From: an uncultured bacterium | Lineage (GTDB): Bacteria > Bdellovibrionota_C > UBA2361 > JANWWW01 | Assembly: GCA_938038205.1 (NCBI GenBank) | Contig: CALHSA010000002.1 | Span: forward strand, 1 to 63,133 | Direction of reading: 5' to 3' | Length of the DNA: 63,133 bases | Part shown: positions 48,607-57,425 of the stretch, piece after piece | How the letters are laid out: each line of letters opens with the position of its first letter | How positions within the stretch are numbered: position 1 is the stretch's first letter | Translations under genes and position numbers: made by a program | The notes under the pieces: model-generated | Seen by the model: the letters and a program-made list of their open reading frames with translations, nothing else | Told to the model about the DNA's origin: nothing | Databases searched by the model: none

Positions 48607-49568
48607 TGAAAGTTGGAATCATTGGTGCTGGTTCATTTGGAACAGCTTTACTTCAAATTTACAGTAAAGTATTTACCTGCATCATTTGGGATAGGGATCC
48701 AAATATTATTGAAAACCTTAATTCGGTCACTAGGAATCCAAGATATTTCCCAGAGATTCAACTAGAAGGTAATTTTTCTGCAACCAACAGCTTGGATGAT
48801 TTAAACGAAACAGACTATTTGTTCGTTGCAATTCCTTCTTCAGTTATTACTGAAATAGGTCTTGAAAAAATTTTAAAAGATAAAATTGTTTTATCTACAT
48901 GTAAAGGATTAACTAAAGAGGGTAACTTAGTTTCAGATTATTTAAAAAAATTTTCCAAAGAAGTGTACGTATTATCTGGACCAACTTTTGCCATTGATCT
49001 AATAAAACTTTCACCGGTAGCAGCAGTTTTGGCCTCTGAGGATTTACTCAAAGCTTACAAAGTGGCAGAAATTTTCTCTAATAAATTTATCAAACTCTAT
49101 CCATCAAAAGATTTAATTGGTACACAACTAGCAGGTATTTTAAAGAACATCTATGCCATAGCTAGCGGTTACGCATATGGGGCTGGTTTTGGAGTTTCAT
49201 CGATATTTTCATTATTAACTCGGGCTGTTGCAGAACTTTCATCTTTGATTGAACTTTTTGGTGGTGATAGATTAACTGCATTTGGTTTGGCCGGAGCAGG
49301 TGATCTATTTATGACTGGTTCCTCTGAAAAAAGTCGTAATTTTAGATTTGGTGTTTTACTAGGAAAAGGTATGAAAGCATCAATTGCGGTCAATAGCATA
49401 AATCAAACAATTGAGGGTTATACATCGTTACAAACTATTGAAAGCTTTTTAAAAGATTTATCAAAAGCTCCAATTTTAATTGCAATAAAAGATTTAATTA
49501 ATGATTCATTCTCTGGAGAGAAAATTTCTGGACTAATCCAACGCCCCATTAAAGAGGAGTTTAAATGA
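48606..49568 (+). CDS. gpsA: NAD(P)H-dependent glycerol-3-phosphate dehydrogenase
   Basis: GAGSFGTAL, KG, LSGPTFA, LKNIYAI, GLAG.GDL, SRN. Confidence 0.95.
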   Translation: MKVGIIGAGSFGTALLQIYSKVFTCIIWDRDPNIIENLNSVTRNPRYFPEIQLEGNFSATNSLDDLNETDYLFVAIPSSVITEIGLEKILKDKIVLSTCKGLTKEGNLVSDYLKKFSKEVYVLSGPTFAIDLIKLSPVAAVLASEDLLKAYKVAEIFSNKFIKLYPSKDLIGTQLAGILKNIYAIASGYAYGAGFGVSSIFSLLTRAVAELSSLIELFGGDRLTAFGLAGAGDLFMTGSSEKSRNFRFGVLLGKGMKASIAVNSINQTIEGYTSLQTIESFLKDLSKAPILIAIKDLINDSFSGEKISGLIQRPIKEEFK

Positions 49569-50449
49569 TCTCAATACTTTTTTTTGGAAATACTGACTTT
49601 TCATTTGAAGTATTAAAAACATTAACTAATGAATTTAATGTTTTTGTGTTAACAAAAAAAAATTCAAAACTTCAATCATTTCTCCAAAATTTATCCATCC
49701 CATATAGAACTTTTGATAAATCATTAAAAAAAGAGTTAGATTGTATACCTGAACTTAATCAAAGGAAGTTTGATTTTATATGCTCCTGTGATTTTGGCTC
49801 ATATATTCCATCAGAAGTGGTAGGTTTGGCAAAATTTAGTGTAAATGTCCATCCGAGCATACTACCAAAATACAGAGGTGCAGCTCCAATTCAAAGAGCA
49901 ATTATGAATTTAGAAACAGAAACTGGCGTATCATTCATTGAAATCTCTGATAAAGTTGATGCGGGTGGAGTTTACTACTGTGAAAAAATTGAAATATCTG
50001 ACTCTCAAGTATACTCTGAATTAAGAGAAAAGCTTGCAAAGCTGTCCGCTGATCTGCTCCCTGGAGTAATTAAAGATATTTTTAATGGTTTTTTAACTCC
50101 AAAACCTCAGGATGAATCTCAGGTAAGTTTCGCACCAAAAATTCAACCCGAAGAGGAAAAAATCAAAATATCCGATTGTTTCCGTACGTTAAGGTACATC
50201 CATGCTTTAAGTTTTACACCAGGGGGGTATATACTAACGAACATAGGACGTATTAAAATCCTAAGAGTAAAAATTTCAGATGAAAAAGTAGATTATGGAT
50301 TTTTATCATCGGTTCAAAGTAAGCTTTTAATCGGCTGTTCTGATGGCAGCTTAGAGGTGCTAGAGTGTCAAATAGAGGGAAAAAGAAAGGTGTCGGCAAA
50401 GGAATTCTTAAACGGGTATTTTAGATATCTACCTCTTATGTTGTTATGA
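49565..50449 (+). CDS. fmt: Methionyl-tRNA formyltransferase
   Basis: FFG...F, NVHPSILPKYRGAAPIQ, DAG, FAPKI, Q.EGKR. Confidence 0.95.
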   Translation: MISILFFGNTDFSFEVLKTLTNEFNVFVLTKKNSKLQSFLQNLSIPYRTFDKSLKKELDCIPELNQRKFDFICSCDFGSYIPSEVVGLAKFSVNVHPSILPKYRGAAPIQRAIMNLETETGVSFIEISDKVDAGGVYYCEKIEISDSQVYSELREKLAKLSADLLPGVIKDIFNGFLTPKPQDESQVSFAPKIQPEEEKIKISDCFRTLRYIHALSFTPGGYILTNIGRIKILRVKISDEKVDYGFLSSVQSKLLIGCSDGSLEVLECQIEGKRKVSAKEFLNGYFRYLPLMLL

Positions 50450-51048
50450 AAATTATACCAAGTATACTAGCTGCAAAACTCTCAAACTTGGCAAATCAAA
50501 TTAAACAAAGAAAAATAACTTACGTACATTTTGATGTTATGGATGGACACTTTGTGCCAGAGATATCTTTTGGTTCATTTCTTGCAAGAGAGTTTGAGAT
50601 AGAACTACCAGAGGTAAAACTAGATGTTCATCTAATGGTTACTAACACTCAGGATCAGATTCCATTCTTTCTTGGTTTAAAAAACGTATCTAGAATCCTT
50701 ATACATTTTGAGGGGAATTTTCATCACCTTAGATTACTAAGACAAATACGGAATGGAGGAAAACAAGCTGGAATAGCTATCAATCCAGAAACAAATCCTG
50801 AGAGTATACAGAGTATTTTAGATTACGTTGATGCAGTTTGTGTTATGTCCGTTACACCAGGTTACTCAGGCCAAAGTTTTATTCCTGGCACTAAAAGTAA
50901 GATCAAAAAATTAGCAGAGTACCGGACAACTTTTGGTTTTAAATACTCAATAATAGTTGACGGAGGGATTACTAATCAGCTTATAGGGGATTTAAGCAAA
51001 ATCGGAGCAGATGAATTCATTATGGGATCCCAGTTTTTTAATGATTAA
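50446..51048 (+). CDS. rpe: Ribulose-phosphate 3-epimerase
   Basis: PSILAA, HFDVMDGHFVP, DVHLMV, MSV.PG..GQ, VDGG. Confidence 0.96.
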   Translation: MKIIPSILAAKLSNLANQIKQRKITYVHFDVMDGHFVPEISFGSFLAREFEIELPEVKLDVHLMVTNTQDQIPFFLGLKNVSRILIHFEGNFHHLRLLRQIRNGGKQAGIAINPETNPESIQSILDYVDAVCVMSVTPGYSGQSFIPGTKSKIKKLAEYRTTFGFKYSIIVDGGITNQLIGDLSKIGADEFIMGSQFFND

Positions 51049-51595
51049 CTTTGGATACATTGTACCATACCTACTTGGCGTTTTTCCAACAGGCATACTA
51101 ATTTCAAAAATTAGAAATCAAGATATTACTAAACTTGGAAGCGGAAATGTTGGGGCCACAAACGTTGCAAGGAATTTTGGTGTTGTATACGGATTGATTA
51201 CGTTATTTATTGATGTTCTAAAAGGTGCTCTTGCAGTGATCATAGGAACAAAGACTTTAAACCTAGATCCGTACACAACTGGTGTTTTTGTTACATTAGG
51301 CCACATTGTTTCCCTTCCTTTTATTCTAAAGGGTGGAAAGGGGGTAGCAACATTCATTGGGACTTTAATAGTGCTCAATCATTATGCTTTAGTAATATTT
51401 TTAATAAGTTTTATTCTCGTTTTTATTTTCTCTCGGTATGTATCACTTAGCTCTTTGGTAGCTGTTTGGTTGAGTGTTTCATTCATTGGTAACCTGCATT
51501 ATATTTTGTTGGCTATGATAATAACTTTAGCTCACCAAAAAAACATTATTCGTTTAATAAAAAAGGAAGAAAGTAAGTTTTATTTTAAACGTTAA
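51041..51595 (+). CDS. plsY: Glycerol-3-phosphate acyltransferase PlsY
   Basis: GSGNVGATN, DVLKG, GH, GGKGVAT, H..NI.RL..E. Start moved to ATG 51041. Confidence 0.95.
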   Translation: MINFGYIVPYLLGVFPTGILISKIRNQDITKLGSGNVGATNVARNFGVVYGLITLFIDVLKGALAVIIGTKTLNLDPYTTGVFVTLGHIVSLPFILKGGKGVATFIGTLIVLNHYALVIFLISFILVFIFSRYVSLSSLVAVWLSVSFIGNLHYILLAMIITLAHQKNIIRLIKKEESKFYFKR

Positions 51596-51615
51596 ATAGT
51601 GTATCTTTTTTCTAG

Positions 51616-51689
51616 GTCCCCGTAGCTCAGTAGGATAGAGCGCAAGTTTCCTAAACTTGAGGTCGCACGTTCGAATCGTGCCGGGGACG
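51616..51689 (+). tRNA. tRNA-Arg(CCT)
   Basis: GTCCCCG acceptor; CAAGT-TT-CCT-AA-ACTTG anticodon arm. Confidence 0.97.
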
Positions 51690-51709
51690 AATTTCTATAT
51701 CATTTGATC

Positions 51710-51791
51710 TGCCCTAGGGGAGATTCGAACTCCCACGCCTTTCGGCACATGAACCTGAATCATGCCTGTCTACCAATTCCAGCACTAGGGC
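51710..51791 (-). tRNA. tRNA-Leu(CAG)
   Basis: GCCCTAG acceptor; CATGA-TT-CAG-GT-TCATG; variable arm GCCGAAAGGC. Confidence 0.97.
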
Positions 51792-51865
51792 TTTGCAGCT
51801 ATTATTCTAATAAAATACAGTTTTTATCATCCATATAATTTAGTGTATCATCTAAAGTAGTAAAG

Positions 51866-52102
51866 ATGAGCAAACAATCAAGAAAAAAGGATAGAGATTC
51901 TACCCAAACTAATGAGATTGTAAATATGATTAACCATCCTGATCTGCCTTTAATACATAAGCTTGTACTGTTTAATCTTCTATTTAAAAACAAAGAATTA
52001 AACTCTTTCTATTATGAGAACACCCAAGCACTCGAGGAAATTCGCAAGAACTGTGAATTATTAGGCTATAAAGGATGGGTTGGTAAAGAATCTAATAATT
52101 GA
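51866..52102 (+). CDS. Small hypothetical protein, 78 aa, upstream of sctV/flhA
   Basis: ATG ORF, co-oriented, 26 nt before the sctV-like gene. Confidence 0.65.
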   Translation: MSKQSRKKDRDSTQTNEIVNMINHPDLPLIHKLVLFNLLFKNKELNSFYYENTQALEEIRKNCELLGYKGWVGKESNN

Positions 52103-52128
52103 TTTGAGTAAATTATAAGAATTAGAGG

Positions 52129-53997
52129 GTGAGGTATTATGAAGTTTTAGCAGTTATATTAATATTAGGTTTAGGATTTCTTTTAGTCTTACCAATCCCC
52201 CCAATTATATTAGACTTTGTCATTACCCTAAATATCGCCTTATCAATTCTAATGCTTGCCTCCTGTTTATTTACAATTAGAATTAGTAATCTTTTGATTT
52301 TTCCAACTATCCTTTTAATACTAACTCTTCTTCGAATTGCAACTAACGTGGCAACAACTAGGATGATTTTAACTCAAGCTTACGCTGGAGAAATCATAAA
52401 TACATTTGGCAAGGTTTTAATTCAAGGAGAGGTATTAGTTGGATTGATTATTTTCTCATTAATCTCATTAGTGTCGTTAATTATTATATCAAGAGGAGCG
52501 TTAAGAATATCAGAGGTAGCCGCAAGATTCACCTTAGATGCTATGCCAACGAGGCAAATCGCTATAGAACAAGAATTTAAAGAGGGGGAGATAAGTTTTC
52601 GAGAAGCACAGAGGAAACGAGATGAATTAAGAAAGGAGAGCATGCTTTATGGATCCATGGAAGGAGCAATGAAATTTATCCAGGGAGACGCAATTATTAG
52701 TGTTATTACAGTTTTAATAAACTTGGGTGGAGGAATCTTTATAGGTATGAAAAATAAATTAACCTTTCAACAAGCTCTTGAAAAATATAGTGTTCTTACC
52801 GTAGGAGATGGTTTAGTAGCACAAATCCCTGCTCTATTCTTAGCGATCTCTGCAGGTATTATTGTTTCCCGTGTAAGCTCTCTCGCCAATGAGAGTATTC
52901 TAAAGGAAACATTACAGAATATTTTTTCACGAAAAGATACCCTACTTATTACCGGTTTGGTTTTACTCGGAATCAGCCTAATACCTGGAGTTCCCTCAAT
53001 ATCGTTTTTTGTAATTGGATTTGGATTTATAGTTGCTGGATTTTTAATTCCATCTAAACAAACGTTTTATGAAAAACTTGATCCCTCACAGATTTTTCTT
53101 CTTGAAATTCCTGAAGTAAAGTTACAACATTTTTCACTGGATACATTACAAGAATTTTCAGACAGAATATGTAACATCCTCTCAGAGGTACTAAACCTCC
53201 CTATTCCCAAAATCATTTTATCATCTAGTAAAAGCACTGAAATTTATCTAAAAATTAAAAATCGCAAGTATACGATCTCTGATTTAGGTTCAGATAAAAT
53301 GCTTATTAATGCTCCTATTTTTTACGCGCAACTCTTTAAAGATAAAGATATTTCAGAGATACGGATTCCACTTAGTGACATGATTGGACTTGTTGCATCT
53401 GCTTCAACCAAAACTAAGACCTTTGTATCAACTCTTAAAATAAGCTTTTTCTCCAACTTGGAATACGTATTATTAAAGGCTTATGAAACAATTTTAACCT
53501 CCCCAGAGACTTTTATAGATGTAACGGCAGTTTTAAATTTATTAAGAGATTTATCAAAAAGCTTCCCAGATCTTGAGAATATTATTAACTCCGATAAGTT
53601 TTTACCAGTTACAAAAATCTCAAGTCTTATTAGATGCTTGCTAAAGAATAATCTTTCTATTAACAGCTATCCGCTTTTTGTTGAATTAATAAATAATCTT
53701 TGTTTGAGGTATAATCAAACAAGATATGATGATACCCTTACAGTAGAAGATGTTTATACTTTGTTGATTGAAGAAGATTCGGGGGTTTTGGATCTTAGGG
53801 AAGAGGTGCTTTTTGATTTAGTTAGGTTTGGATGCGCTAAGCAGGAGTCAGGTATTGCAAGTGTGCTTGATAGGAATAGAAAATATGGAACGGTTCCTTT
53901 GGTGATTATAGAAGAAAATTCTGATTCTCTTAATAACTTAAGAGTTATTAATCAGTCGAAAAGCTTAAGAATAGATCCTTTTATGTTTAATTTTTGA
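52129..53997 (+). CDS. FHIPEP-family type III export gate protein (SctV/FlhA), divergent, shortened cytoplasmic domain
   Basis: FPTILL..TL.R...NVATTR.IL, EVAARFTLDAMP, LYGSMEGAMKFIQGDA, LTVGDGLVAQIPAL. Confidence 0.92.
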   Translation: MRYYEVLAVILILGLGFLLVLPIPPIILDFVITLNIALSILMLASCLFTIRISNLLIFPTILLILTLLRIATNVATTRMILTQAYAGEIINTFGKVLIQGEVLVGLIIFSLISLVSLIIISRGALRISEVAARFTLDAMPTRQIAIEQEFKEGEISFREAQRKRDELRKESMLYGSMEGAMKFIQGDAIISVITVLINLGGGIFIGMKNKLTFQQALEKYSVLTVGDGLVAQIPALFLAISAGIIVSRVSSLANESILKETLQNIFSRKDTLLITGLVLLGISLIPGVPSISFFVIGFGFIVAGFLIPSKQTFYEKLDPSQIFLLEIPEVKLQHFSLDTLQEFSDRICNILSEVLNLPIPKIILSSSKSTEIYLKIKNRKYTISDLGSDKMLINAPIFYAQLFKDKDISEIRIPLSDMIGLVASASTKTKTFVSTLKISFFSNLEYVLLKAYETILTSPETFIDVTAVLNLLRDLSKSFPDLENIINSDKFLPVTKISSLIRCLLKNNLSINSYPLFVELINNLCLRYNQTRYDDTLTVEDVYTLLIEEDSGVLDLREEVLFDLVRFGCAKQESGIASVLDRNRKYGTVPLVIIEENSDSLNNLRVINQSKSLRIDPFMFNF

Positions 53998-54003
53998 TTT
54001 AAC

Positions 54004-56247
54004 ATGGTAAAGTTTGAAAAAAAAATTTTTGGTAAACAATTTGAGATTGATAGTCATGCAATTGATTTAGTATTTCATAGTGTTTTTAGGGCTACAGATG
54101 TAACTACTGGTAAATCAGTAGCCATAGTTGTTTCTTTATCTCCACTAAAAAATGATCCTTCTGTTCAAGATTCATACATAGAAAGAATGAATCTTGTAGC
54201 GACACTAAATCATCAATTGTACCCAGTTATCAAATTTGGAATCGATTCAAATCTGCATTGTTTCTCTGTTATTAAGGCCCTAGATGGCATAAATATTTTT
54301 ACCAAGGTTCGTGATTTTGCAGAAGCTGAGAGAAGATTTGTTTTAATCCTTAAGGCACTTCTATTTTTTTATAGAAATGGGGTAGCCTTTGGGGACTTAT
54401 CAGACGGATCTTTTATGTTAGAAAGGAGTGGTAACATTAGGTTTATTTGCGGAGTTGGTGATATAAGTAACTTACTTCAAGACTCCTCCACTTACAACAA
54501 AAAGATTGCTAGCATTTACATTCATCCCAATCAAGATCCCTTTAAACGAGATGTATATAGCCTTGGAGTAATTGCAAGTAAACTTTTCACTGGCGAATAC
54601 CCACAGCCTGAATTAAAACTCGAACACTTAAGATTTCCGCCACCTAGTTGGTTTTTAGGACTTGTACCTAAAATGTTGGAGCTCCAACTAACTTCTGTTG
54701 AACAGGTTGCTGAAGAGTATGAAAAATTAAAAACATCAGTAACTGCACTTCAAAAAGTAAACGATATTAAAGCCCCCAAAATTCAAGCTGCTCAGCAAAC
54801 GGTAGTTACGATTGGCCCTCAACTCGCTACTTCAAGTGGAACTATTACTAAAAAAATTAGACATCCTAGCATTAGTAAACCAATAGTTTTCATCGGTGTT
54901 GGAATTGGTGTATTTTTAATTTCACTTATTGTTCTTTACATTCTAAGTTCACTAAAAGGTCCTGTTATCCAAGTTGCATCTCAAAGTCATAAAGATCAAG
55001 GCATTGATTTGCAAACGCTAAAATCACTCTCAAATTCAGATGACCCTGTTTCGCTTAAAACTTTAGTCTCATTATTGGAGGATGCTTCTAATCTTCAAGA
55101 GTATCAACAAATTCATCAAGCAATACTACTTAGGGCAATAAGACAAGGAATGAGTATTTCAGCAGAGTTAGTAAGAAGGTGGGCGCTGAAATTCTTTGAT
55201 CAAGGGCAAAAGTTACCAATCTCACAAATTTACGCTGTTTTTGATGTAATTTTACCAGTTGAGTCTTTTTTGGAAATTTTAAACAATCTCAAATCATTAG
55301 ATGAAACTGCCGCGAAGCTCCTTGCAGTTGGCTATTGTCTTGATCGAAAAGATGACAATTTTACCAAAATAGTTATTTCTGAGTTTTTTAAAAAAGATTT
55401 AAGTATTCAGGAGTTAGTAATATCAGATTCGGATCTTTTAATGGAATTTGGTGATCTTGCTATTAAATATACAGATATTCCTACTGAGAAACTTTTCCTA
55501 ATCCACCATAATCTTATCTCATGGGGCTTTGATCAAAAAGCGCAGCAGGTCAAAGAAGAGCTTGAAGAAAGAGAGTTAAATTATAAGCAAAAAATAATTT
55601 TGAAACTTTTAGATAATCCACTTCCGACTCAGGCAAAACTATTTCTGAGCAGAGTATTAATCAATCAACAGTCATTAGATCTTTTAACTGGCTGGAGAGA
55701 CCCATTACTAGTTGATTTTGCTTTAGCCTCTTCACTCTTTTTTAATGATTCAGCCTCTCTTGAAATAATTTGGAGCTTAATTAATCAAGCTCCAATTCAG
55801 GATCCACTTTTAATGGAAGCTATACAGTTAGTTAAATCAAAATACTCTAATCAAAAACATGAATTTATAGAATTGCTCTCTCTTATACGATTTAATGAAC
55901 ATATTCCACCAATTGAAGGTATTGCTGTGTTGAAAAAATTTCTTCCACAGATAAAAAAAGATAAAAACTTCATTAATCTTATTTTTAATCTGAAAAATCC
56001 AGAACTAATCACTCTGGCTTTTAATCATTTCAAGGATTATTTATCCATAGATATGTTACTCATGTTTCTTACACATCCAGTTCCCGATATAAAAGCAATG
56101 GCAATTGTTTCACTTAAAAATGTAAAAGATATTGGAGCGTTGAAATTAATAATTAACAATTACGAAAAAGAGAAAGACCCTAAAATACGACAACTGTATG
56201 AGGCTAATTTTTGGGTTATTCAAGAGAGAATTAATAAACAAAATTAA
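54004..56247 (+). CDS. Membrane-anchored Ser/Thr pseudokinase with helical (HEAT-like) C-terminal domain
   Basis: VFRATD...GKSVAIVV, FGDLS, RDVYSLGV...LFTGEYP kinase scaffold; TM near aa 294-315; helical repeats after it. Confidence 0.7.
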   Translation: MVKFEKKIFGKQFEIDSHAIDLVFHSVFRATDVTTGKSVAIVVSLSPLKNDPSVQDSYIERMNLVATLNHQLYPVIKFGIDSNLHCFSVIKALDGINIFTKVRDFAEAERRFVLILKALLFFYRNGVAFGDLSDGSFMLERSGNIRFICGVGDISNLLQDSSTYNKKIASIYIHPNQDPFKRDVYSLGVIASKLFTGEYPQPELKLEHLRFPPPSWFLGLVPKMLELQLTSVEQVAEEYEKLKTSVTALQKVNDIKAPKIQAAQQTVVTIGPQLATSSGTITKKIRHPSISKPIVFIGVGIGVFLISLIVLYILSSLKGPVIQVASQSHKDQGIDLQTLKSLSNSDDPVSLKTLVSLLEDASNLQEYQQIHQAILLRAIRQGMSISAELVRRWALKFFDQGQKLPISQIYAVFDVILPVESFLEILNNLKSLDETAAKLLAVGYCLDRKDDNFTKIVISEFFKKDLSIQELVISDSDLLMEFGDLAIKYTDIPTEKLFLIHHNLISWGFDQKAQQVKEELEERELNYKQKIILKLLDNPLPTQAKLFLSRVLINQQSLDLLTGWRDPLLVDFALASSLFFNDSASLEIIWSLINQAPIQDPLLMEAIQLVKSKYSNQKHEFIELLSLIRFNEHIPPIEGIAVLKKFLPQIKKDKNFINLIFNLKNPELITLAFNHFKDYLSIDMLLMFLTHPVPDIKAMAIVSLKNVKDIGALKLIINNYEKEKDPKIRQLYEANFWVIQERINKQN

Positions 56248-56662
56248 CTCACTATTTTTACTAGGTAGCCTGGTAGTGTTATCTTGCTCAAAGGTAGGTA
56301 TACCTCCAAGAAGTAAGTTAGAGCTAATTCCACTGTATCACCTTGAGAATGGCAAGGTAGATTTACTTGAAGATTACCCAGGGTATAAACAGATCATCTT
56401 TTGGAAGACCTCTTGTTTTTACTCCGTCAGAAAATTAAGAGAGTTCTCTAGAGAGAGTAGAAATGGAATTAAACTTGCTGTTTCATTAGATGAATTGGAA
56501 AAAAAGAACAAGGTTATTGAAATAACTAAACCAATACAAAATGTTAAACATTTTTTTTCGGGGAATGGTACTCTTGATGCTGCATGGATTAAAGTAGATG
56601 GTTACGCTGTACCCGTTATTCTTCACATTTCTCCAGAAAATATTCTAATAAAAGTAGAGTGA
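56198..56662 (+). CDS. TlpA-like thioredoxin-fold lipoprotein (CxxS)
   Basis: Lipobox VLSC; IIFWKTSCFYS, AVSLD, cis-Pro AVP. Confidence 0.7.
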   Translation: MRLIFGLFKRELINKINSLFLLGSLVVLSCSKVGIPPRSKLELIPLYHLENGKVDLLEDYPGYKQIIFWKTSCFYSVRKLREFSRESRNGIKLAVSLDELEKKNKVIEITKPIQNVKHFFSGNGTLDAAWIKVDGYAVPVILHISPENILIKVE

Positions 56663-57315
56663 ATTTTCTGGTTCTTCCAAAAGAGAGTTTAAAAGACAAT
56701 GTAGTAATTTTCAAAAACTGCAATATAGACTCGCAAGAGATTAGAGTGGTTGTAGAGAATTGCGGTAGTTTTTTAGTTAAAAATAACAATGGCGTTTGGG
56801 AAATAAATAAAAAGATATTGGTTGTCCCGGTTCAGATCTCATTTGGGATAGGATTTTGTCGACCCCAAACAACGAAAAAAATTCTTTATACAGCTGGATT
56901 TTTTGGGATAAAAATGATTAGTTTTCTAAAAACGCTTAAGTCAAACCACGATTATTCATTGAGTTCGGTTTATAAAAATCCAAAGAAATTTATTACTCCC
57001 GGTATGGAGCAATCCGGTAACTTTTTAGTCACAGATATTGGATTTGATAATTTTTTCAATTACATTCAAATAATAGAACCATCTAAAGCAATTATCTTTG
57101 ATTCTATGGGTAGTTACCCTAACGAGTTTTTCAACCTTATACGTGAAAAAGAGATTTTTATCATTGGGCCAGAACAAGGTTTCTCCTCTTCAGAGCTTGA
57201 TTTCGCAAAAAAAAGGGGAATTCAAGTTGTATCGCTTGGGACTTTCATTTTTCGACCTTTTCAGATAGTTGAATCAGTTTGCTTTTTGAAATATTTAAGT
57301 TGTGTTAACTTTTGA
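56659..57315 (+). CDS. rsmE: 16S rRNA m3U1498 methyltransferase RsmE (divergent)
   Basis: EQSG, IIGPEQGFS..E, VSLG..I.R SPOUT motifs. Confidence 0.8.
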   Translation: MNFLVLPKESLKDNVVIFKNCNIDSQEIRVVVENCGSFLVKNNNGVWEINKKILVVPVQISFGIGFCRPQTTKKILYTAGFFGIKMISFLKTLKSNHDYSLSSVYKNPKKFITPGMEQSGNFLVTDIGFDNFFNYIQIIEPSKAIIFDSMGSYPNEFFNLIREKEIFIIGPEQGFSSSELDFAKKRGIQVVSLGTFIFRPFQIVESVCFLKYLSCVNF

Positions 57316-57344
57316 GTAAAAAATTGCTATTATACTAACTACAA

Positions 57345-57421
57345 GGACCGGTAGTTCAGTCGGTTAGAACGCTGGCCTGTCACGCCAGAGGCCGCGGGTT
57401 CGAGTCCCGTCCGGTCCGCCA
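57345..57421 (+). tRNA. tRNA-Asp(GTC), CCA encoded
   Basis: GGACCGG acceptor; CTGGC-CT-GTC-AC-GCCAG; ends GCCA. Confidence 0.97.
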
Positions 57422-57425
57422 AAAT

